Source of the DNA: Escherichia coli
GTDB lineage: Bacteria; Pseudomonadota; Gammaproteobacteria; Enterobacterales; Enterobacteriaceae
Length of the DNA stretch: 64,000 nucleotides
Reading direction: 5' to 3' (one strand)
NCBI RefSeq assembly: GCF_041886205.1
Contig: NZ_CP169029.1
Part shown: positions 57,854 to 64,000 of the stretch, piece by piece
Layout of the letters: every line of letters starts with the position of its first letter
How positions within the stretch are numbered: position 1 is the stretch's first letter
The notes under the pieces: generated by a model
The model's input: only the letters and a program-made list of their open reading frames with translations
Databases searched by the model: none
What the model was told of the DNA's origin: nothing
Position numbers and translations under genes: made by a program

Positions 57854-60376
57854 TTATGCCGGTAACTCCGGGGGTAATGCTTCTTCCAGTCGGTTAACCA
57901 TATTGCCGAGATGGGATGCATCATATTCCATGACGGGGCGTTGCCTGATGATACTGACCACCAGTGGTTTGATTAACATATTGGTCGCGGCCCGTTGTTG
58001 TATACCGGCGGCGAAAATGATCTCCAGAGCATTCTGATCGATAACACGGGCCAGATTCTCGTTCAGATTTTCAATCTCATGTCCGGTCAGCAGGAAACTG
58101 CCGGCAAGCCATGTCACCTGCTCCTGAATCATTGCCAGAATTTTGACGCGATCTTCTTCAACCAGCGCTCCGGCAATTTTTCCTGATACAGCGGAGGCAA
58201 TCATTCCCCCCAGAACACCGCCAACCACACGCCCTGTCAGTGCACCAAATGGTCCCAGTGGACTGAACAGTATCCCGCCCGCCACTGACCCGACAGCTCC
58301 ACCTGCCACACCGGAAGATGCCACGGCAAGATTCCTGATGAACTGCGTACCGGAGATCCGTCCCCGCAACATTTTGATCATGTCAGGGCCGGTTGTGACA
58401 GCTACCAGTGCCAGAGATGTCACCAGCGTACCCTTCATCACTTTGTTCAGGGCACTGATATTTCCTGCACCGGTCCCCTTCTGAAGAGCCAGTCGGACAG
58501 TCGGGCTGGCAGTCGAAAAATCAATGTGCTTCAGCATACCCTGAACAACACTGAGCCGGTGGAGTTGCTGGGTTGTGACGTAGACAGCCAGTGTGCGGGT
58601 GAAGGTTTTTCCTGCCTGGACAGCAGCTGTCTGCAGGGCAGCATCGCGATCGCCGGTGCTGAGCCAGAAGACCGATGCCGTCAGGGCAAAACTGATCCCT
58701 CCGGCCGCCAGACTGACAACCGAACCCTCGGCAATATCATAAGTGACCGATTCGATGGTCCCGAACCGGGTGATATTACGGGCCTGAGTATAAGTCAGAT
58801 GTCCCCGACGAATCAGCCGGGACGCTTCTGCGGGATCGGTTACACCGGGTACTTTACCTTCGCGGATCTTATTCCTCATGGTTTCAACAGCGCCGGCATA
58901 CTGATCACGGGGGACTTCCAGTTGCATGGGGCCATTATTTCCCATGTAACGATACTGTCCGTTTTGTCCGTCGAATGCCGCACCGACGCTACGGGCTGCA
59001 GTTGAACAATATTTCGTCTGGATTTCTGTTCCGCTGACCAGTCTGTCTGCTCCATTTCTGGCATTATTATCACCGAGGATCCGTGCGTTTTTCAGACGGA
59101 CTCTGTCGACAATATGGTTTCCCCGTTCAGCGGCAAACCCATGTCCCTGCCCTCCGGAAGCAAACATTTTCTCATTTGTACTCCAGGTTTCCGGCAGTTT
59201 CATGAGAATCAGACCATTCGCCGTTGCATCGGAAATAAAGCTGTTGTAAGGGCGTTCATAAATTTCCTGACACAGTGTTTCTGTTTCGCGACAAAGAGAG
59301 GAGCAGTACCATTCCGGATCCGGCTTATGATTTTCCGGGGCATGATGTACTTCTGTCAGCCCGCAGGAGGCACAGATACGAAGCTCATCCACGTGATGGA
59401 ATGATACAAAACGGCGACCTTCTGAAAAGGGATACCAGTCACCGCCGTCCAGGCAACGATCGAGAAAATCGTCATTCGCTTCCGGTGATAAATTCAGGCG
59501 GTTCCGGAAGAGCGTTTTCAGTTCATCAGGTGTGAATGACAGGTTCTCTTTCAACTGTTCGTTAAACCCTGCCATGTTTCTTTCATACCAGGCATTGTTC
59601 AGTAACCAGTTTCCGTCTGCCAGTTCAAATTCCCTCAGCTCTCCCCGGGAAATCCGTTGAGAAATGAGCGTCAGCCAGATGCGCTCCGTCAGTGAGTCAG
59701 GAAGGCTGTAATCGTTTTGCAAACTGGTCAGCCACGATTTACTGTTGAGCACCGGTTGTTCTTCCAGTGTCTGGCTGATGGCACAGGTCAGTTTTTTCAG
59801 CGCCTGGATCTGGCTGGCCGCCCATAGCAGCGTCACTAATGCAGCCAGCCAGTACAACAACCCGCCCCACCACATCAGTGACGGTGAAATATCGTACTGT
59901 AACGCGATCAATGGTGCGCATGCAGAACACGCCATAAGGAAAAAGGCAGTATAAAAACAGCAGTAATACCCGTTAATTTCCTTGCTGATATCTTCTGGTG
60001 TGATCCCGTTCTGCTGAATGTTTTTGATCTGCAGGGGAACAGCCAGCAGACCACCGGCGAGAGCGGTGGTCAGAATAAATTTCACAGAGTCAAAGGTGTG
60101 AGCCTCCAGCGCGATATGTTTACCATCAAGTCCCCACATGAAGCTGATGATCATTCCGGCAATCGTCAGAAATACGCCTGCCAGCCAGCGAATATGGAAC
60201 AACCGGGTTATGCGTTCGGTGATATAGCCAGCCAGTAAGGCCGGGCCGAACAGACACAGCAATATGAGCCCTGCCAGCGCAGAAGCCGTGCTGATTAATG
60301 CTCTGAACAAAAGGCGAAGAATGGCAAATCCTGCGATCAGCAGGATCAGCGCGCCGACTATCTGTAACATAGTCAC
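57854..60376 (-). CDS. Large YeeR-like inner membrane protein (840 aa)
   Basis: At least 6 N-terminal TM segments. Central Cys cluster CASCGLTEVHHAPENHKPDPEWYCSSLC. C-terminal glycine-zipper hydrophobic segments (GVAGGAVGSVAGGILF...GGVLGGMIASAVSG). Sits next to Ag43 like yeeR. Confidence 0.75.
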   Translation of the reverse strand: MTMLQIVGALILLIAGFAILRLLFRALISTASALAGLILLCLFGPALLAGYITERITRLFHIRWLAGVFLTIAGMIISFMWGLDGKHIALEAHTFDSVKFILTTALAGGLLAVPLQIKNIQQNGITPEDISKEINGYYCCFYTAFFLMACSACAPLIALQYDISPSLMWWGGLLYWLAALVTLLWAASQIQALKKLTCAISQTLEEQPVLNSKSWLTSLQNDYSLPDSLTERIWLTLISQRISRGELREFELADGNWLLNNAWYERNMAGFNEQLKENLSFTPDELKTLFRNRLNLSPEANDDFLDRCLDGGDWYPFSEGRRFVSFHHVDELRICASCGLTEVHHAPENHKPDPEWYCSSLCRETETLCQEIYERPYNSFISDATANGLILMKLPETWSTNEKMFASGGQGHGFAAERGNHIVDRVRLKNARILGDNNARNGADRLVSGTEIQTKYCSTAARSVGAAFDGQNGQYRYMGNNGPMQLEVPRDQYAGAVETMRNKIREGKVPGVTDPAEASRLIRRGHLTYTQARNITRFGTIESVTYDIAEGSVVSLAAGGISFALTASVFWLSTGDRDAALQTAAVQAGKTFTRTLAVYVTTQQLHRLSVVQGMLKHIDFSTASPTVRLALQKGTGAGNISALNKVMKGTLVTSLALVAVTTGPDMIKMLRGRISGTQFIRNLAVASSGVAGGAVGSVAGGILFSPLGPFGALTGRVVGGVLGGMIASAVSGKIAGALVEEDRVKILAMIQEQVTWLAGSFLLTGHEIENLNENLARVIDQNALEIIFAAGIQQRAATNMLIKPLVVSIIRQRPVMEYDASHLGNMVNRLEEALPPELPA

Positions 60377-60490
60377 TCCGTGATGAATATCATGTTATTG
60401 TTAATGCCAGCGAATGTGGCGTTGAATATCCGTTGCGCCGGTCCGGGTCCCGATCATGATGACCGGGACCACAGAGAGGCGATGGTTCTG

Positions 60491-63400
60491 TCAGAAGGTC
60501 ACATTCAGCGTGGCCTGACCGTTATAGCCTTCAGCGCTGCTGCCGCTGACGCTGTGGACATAACCTGCCTGAACGCCCAGGGTGATATTTTCCCGGACAC
60601 GGGCTTCCAGTCCGGCCTGCAGGTCCAGTGACGTACCATTCTGTGACGGTGAGAACGTCATGTTACTGCCGGCTGCGGCTGTACCCATGCTCATGTCCCC
60701 CCGGGAGCTGAAGGTGCGGATAACAGAAGGCTGTACCCACCAGTTCACCGGCAGTTCACGCACACTGTGTTTGGCACTGCCGCGCAGGGTGTCACGGGAT
60801 GAGGTGCCTTTACCAAAGTTCATATCGTGGTGGCTGCCCAGACGGAAGCCGGCACGCACATGTTGTGCACTGCCATGCCCGAACTTCACATAACCGGCGT
60901 TGTCCTTACCGTCATCCAGGGAAAGTCCCTGCCAGGTATACTGCAGTTGTGGCTCCAGCATCAGGTTGTCAGTGATACTGAAGGGCAGACCGGTTTCCAG
61001 TGAACCCAGCCAGCCCCAACCCCGGGCGCGGAAGTCGTTATTGTCCGTTGACGCTTTCATGCTGTGGCGGGTTCCCAGGGCCACAATGTCAGCCCACAGT
61101 CCGGAGGCGTTGTGTATCAGATTCAGGTATCCGCCCAGGCTGCCGGCATCATCCCGGACCGTGCCGGCACGGGAGCCGTCATCATCCTTAACATCAACGG
61201 AAGAATGGCCAGCAGCACCATATATCCCCGCGGTCACAGACATACCGGCAACCTCTGTTCTCATCAGGTCACCCTCCAGACGGACGAATCCATAGCTGCC
61301 GCTGCTTTCCGGCGTGGCCCCACGGGCAATACCGCCGTTGTTATCGTGACCGAGATGGCCGCCCTGAATGCTGAGACGGACGCTGTTATTTTCACCGTTT
61401 ACACCGGTCTGATGGCTGCGTGAGCCTGCCAGAATCCGGTCATAGTCCATTGCCTGTGTCAGCATGGAGGCATACAGGGGGACTTCTGCACGATAAGCAT
61501 TTTCACTGCGCAGATACCAGCTCTCATCACTGTCCCGGTTGAGGGAGTAGTTAAAGGCACCGGCCTGCAGCTTATTCCCCTGGATAAAGGCCCCTTCCTC
61601 CGTGGTGGCACCGTTAATGGCTTCCACCACCTGAATACCCTTACCGCTGGTCGCCAGCCCCGACGCACTGTTGCCGGCGTTCACCAGGTTCAGGATGGTT
61701 TTTCCGGTTGCCCTGCCACCGTCAATGACCAGTCTGTCAGCATTGTTCTGTGCCATATCCGGGCGTACACGCAGGCTGATGGTGCCATTCTGTCCGTTCA
61801 GGTTTTTCACTTTCAGGGTTGCCGGTACGAACTTCCCTGTGCGGGTGGAGGTGAAATGAATCTGTCCGGCATGGCTGAGGTCATCCACCACCGACTGCAC
61901 CGTGGCGTTATCGGGAATATTCCAGGTGGCACCAGAGGCGAGAGTGACATTCGTGGGGTCAATGGCACCGTTCAGCACAGTGCTGCCGGTCAGCTTCAGG
62001 GCTGTACCGCGCTGAGCAATGACATCCGTGGTGACGGTACTGTCGTTCAGCGTCAGCGTGCCTTCATTCAGGTTGACGGCTTTCTGGGTGAGTGTGGTGT
62101 TGCTGACAGTGAGTGTGCCACTTCCTGATTTTTCCACGCTGCCGTTACCGGTGAGAGAGCCTCCCTGCAGGAGTGCATCGCCTTCACGGATGGTCAGGGT
62201 ATCGTTGTTCACCGTCTTCCCGGAAAGGGTAAGTATGGCGCCGTTATTCAGCGTGGTGGTGCCCGCCAGTGTGCCGCCCCTGGCGGTGAACAGTCCGCCA
62301 TTTACCGTGGTATCCGTGGCCGTATCACCGGCGTTCAGCGTGAATGAACTGCCTTTTTCCAGCATCAGGGCATCCGCCTGACCACCTCCGATACTGAATG
62401 CCTTTCCGTCGCTCCGGGTACCACTGACAGCGGCACCGGAATCGGCCAGCAGTACACCGCCATTTCCCATGGATACGGTGGTGGCGGTGCCACCGTTGCG
62501 GACATCCAGCGTTCCGCCATCATCCACGCGGGTATTAGTGGCTGTGTGTCCGGTCAGCACATCCAGGCGTCCGCCATTTTCCAGTACGACATTATCAGCT
62601 TTACCCTCCACAACAGAGAATGCTCCCAGGCGGTTTATGCCGGTAACGGTTGCAGCCGTACTGGTAACCAGTGCGCCGCCCTGCTTCAGGGTGACATTCG
62701 TGGCTGTACCACCGGCGTCCACCTGCAGTCTGCCCTTCTGATTAACGGTGGTATTCCCGGCCACACCCCCGTTTTTGACAATCTGCCAGCCGTCACTGTT
62801 TACAACAGTGCCAGACGCCGTACCGCCGTTGTGCACATACTGGTACCCCCCATTCAGCGTGGTATCCAGTGCGTGACCATGTACAGTCTGGTCGCCGCCG
62901 GCATAAACCACAGTGGTATTTGCCGTTCCTTCAGCAGCCACAATCTGACGACCATTTTTATTGATGGTGGTGCGTACGGCATCTCCGTAGACGGTCTGCC
63001 CGGTATCACCATTTTCCGCATCCGGTCCCCCTTCCGCGCCGGTATTCACAACCGTGTCGGTTGCCACTGCGCCGGATTTGATGGCCTGCCAGCCCTTCTC
63101 ATTAATGACGGTACCCGTTGCAATCCCGCCTTCATGTACCCACTGCTCACCGCCGTTCAGAGTGGTGTTCACTGCCTGCCCCTGAAGGCTCTGTCCGCCT
63201 CCGGCACTGATAACCGTGTCTGAAACGCTTCCTCCGGCATTCACTCTCTGAAGACCACCACCGGTGACAGTAGTGTTGTTGGCGATACCGCCATTTTGTA
63301 TCCATTGTCCGCCGGTATTGGCCTCGTTATCCGGCCCATACTCCAGACCGGTACTGATGGTCATTCCGTTGGCCGTACCGAGGACAATCTGGTTGTCATG

Positions 63401-63610
63401 ATTTGTCAGTGTTCCGTCGTTCACGGTTTCTCCCGCCTGTACAACCTTGTCAGCAGCCAGTGCCGGGACTGATGTGACAGCAGCAAGAGACAGCGCAACC
63501 GCCACACCGGCGCCTTTTCCCCGTGAGCGGGCCAGTTCGGAGGCCACCACCAGGGTGCCCGTAATGTGATTCCATACCAGCCTGTAGCTGGTGTTCAGAT
63601 GTCGTTTCAT
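60491..63610 (-). CDS. flu: Antigen 43 self-associating autotransporter (1039 aa)
   Basis: Sits in ORF 60491..63685. Start MKRHLNTSYRLVWNHITGTLVVASELARSRGK (extended signal peptide) at 63610. Repetitive beta-helix passenger. Beta-barrel ending ...GQATLNVTF. Confidence 0.93.
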   Translation of the reverse strand: MKRHLNTSYRLVWNHITGTLVVASELARSRGKGAGVAVALSLAAVTSVPALAADKVVQAGETVNDGTLTNHDNQIVLGTANGMTISTGLEYGPDNEANTGGQWIQNGGIANNTTVTGGGLQRVNAGGSVSDTVISAGGGQSLQGQAVNTTLNGGEQWVHEGGIATGTVINEKGWQAIKSGAVATDTVVNTGAEGGPDAENGDTGQTVYGDAVRTTINKNGRQIVAAEGTANTTVVYAGGDQTVHGHALDTTLNGGYQYVHNGGTASGTVVNSDGWQIVKNGGVAGNTTVNQKGRLQVDAGGTATNVTLKQGGALVTSTAATVTGINRLGAFSVVEGKADNVVLENGGRLDVLTGHTATNTRVDDGGTLDVRNGGTATTVSMGNGGVLLADSGAAVSGTRSDGKAFSIGGGQADALMLEKGSSFTLNAGDTATDTTVNGGLFTARGGTLAGTTTLNNGAILTLSGKTVNNDTLTIREGDALLQGGSLTGNGSVEKSGSGTLTVSNTTLTQKAVNLNEGTLTLNDSTVTTDVIAQRGTALKLTGSTVLNGAIDPTNVTLASGATWNIPDNATVQSVVDDLSHAGQIHFTSTRTGKFVPATLKVKNLNGQNGTISLRVRPDMAQNNADRLVIDGGRATGKTILNLVNAGNSASGLATSGKGIQVVEAINGATTEEGAFIQGNKLQAGAFNYSLNRDSDESWYLRSENAYRAEVPLYASMLTQAMDYDRILAGSRSHQTGVNGENNSVRLSIQGGHLGHDNNGGIARGATPESSGSYGFVRLEGDLMRTEVAGMSVTAGIYGAAGHSSVDVKDDDGSRAGTVRDDAGSLGGYLNLIHNASGLWADIVALGTRHSMKASTDNNDFRARGWGWLGSLETGLPFSITDNLMLEPQLQYTWQGLSLDDGKDNAGYVKFGHGSAQHVRAGFRLGSHHDMNFGKGTSSRDTLRGSAKHSVRELPVNWWVQPSVIRTFSSRGDMSMGTAAAGSNMTFSPSQNGTSLDLQAGLEARVRENITLGVQAGYVHSVSGSSAEGYNGQATLNVTF

Positions 63611-63827
63611 CAGCTTTTCCTTACAGAGGGTGAATAAAAAAGCCGGTACCCACAAATGTGGATACCGGCAGGTACAAAACAGCATGGTCAGATAAAGTGG
63701 TTTTTCCCGGACATAAATGCTTCCCCTCTCTCATCCGCCAGAGAAGTATCAGTCCGTTGTGTGCAATTCCGTTCTGCATGATGAAGAGATTCAGCTGCCT
63801 TTTCGCAGACCATTAACCACTATAAAC

Positions 63828-63897
63828 GATCGATAGTAACGATCGATACCTGTTTTATCGATCGTTTTATTCTATTGACAGCAAAGCGGTCACGCAA
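63828..63897 (-). promoter_or_regulatory. flu (agn43) promoter plus the Dam/OxyR phase-variation switch
   Basis: Three GATC sites at 63828, 63841 and 63860 within CGATCGAT-type repeats. On the minus strand, TTGCGT (63897-63892), a 17-nt spacer and TAGAAT (63874-69) lie just upstream of them. Confidence 0.8.
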
Positions 63898-64000
63898 GAG
63901 AAACAGGAGGGGGATGAGGGGTTTGTGTCATGTTTTCAGTTGGTTAACGCAATGTAATCAGGCATTTCCCCTGGCAGAGTGTTCAGAAGAAAATCCAGTT

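Overview
This window is Escherichia coli chromosome, running from yqhD to glcA in the reverse orientation to K-12 and then into accessory DNA. It divides into four blocks.

**1. Conserved core, 1-21 kb.** yqhD (partial), yqhC, yghB, metC, exbBD, yghA, yqhA, gpr, an intact yghX, yghW, the complete hydrogenase-2 operon hybOABCDEFG, yghU, gss and pitB.

**2. Accessory lipid-type cluster, 21-34 kb.** As far as I recall, K-12 keeps only remnants of it.
- Three paralogous P-loop proteins (yghT/S/R).
- A Wzx-like flippase (yghQ), an unknown 274-aa protein and a YtfJ-like periplasmic protein.
- A second LptF/LptG-type permease pair.
- A convergent operon: fatty-acyl-AMP ligase, SDR reductase, ACP and a serine-palmitoyltransferase-like alpha-oxoamine synthase.
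- The GNAT-like yghO.

Together these look like a cryptic sphingolipid/ceramide-like synthesis and export system.

**3. Glycolate locus, 34-43.5 kb.** glcC and glcDEFGBA.

**4. Accessory DNA, 43.9-64 kb.**
- A four-gene, translationally coupled SMC-type operon (DUF3375-like, DUF4194-like, 1095-aa SMC/MukB-like ATPase, Toprim protein). This is a Wadjet / JetABCD anti-plasmid system and the best candidate for the system of interest.
- A 22-nt tRNA-Phe 3' fragment, which marks the att boundary of a pheV-type island.
- The distal part of a CP4-44-like island. It contains a DUF4942 gene split by an IS110-family element, a CbtA/CbeA-like type IV toxin-antitoxin pair, RadC-like, antirestriction, DUF932 and DUF905 genes, and a large YeeR-like membrane protein. 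It also carries antigen 43 with its three-GATC Dam/OxyR phase switch.

I saw no rRNA, no complete tRNA and no CRISPR array. All homology statements come from reading the translations and from memory, not from searches.
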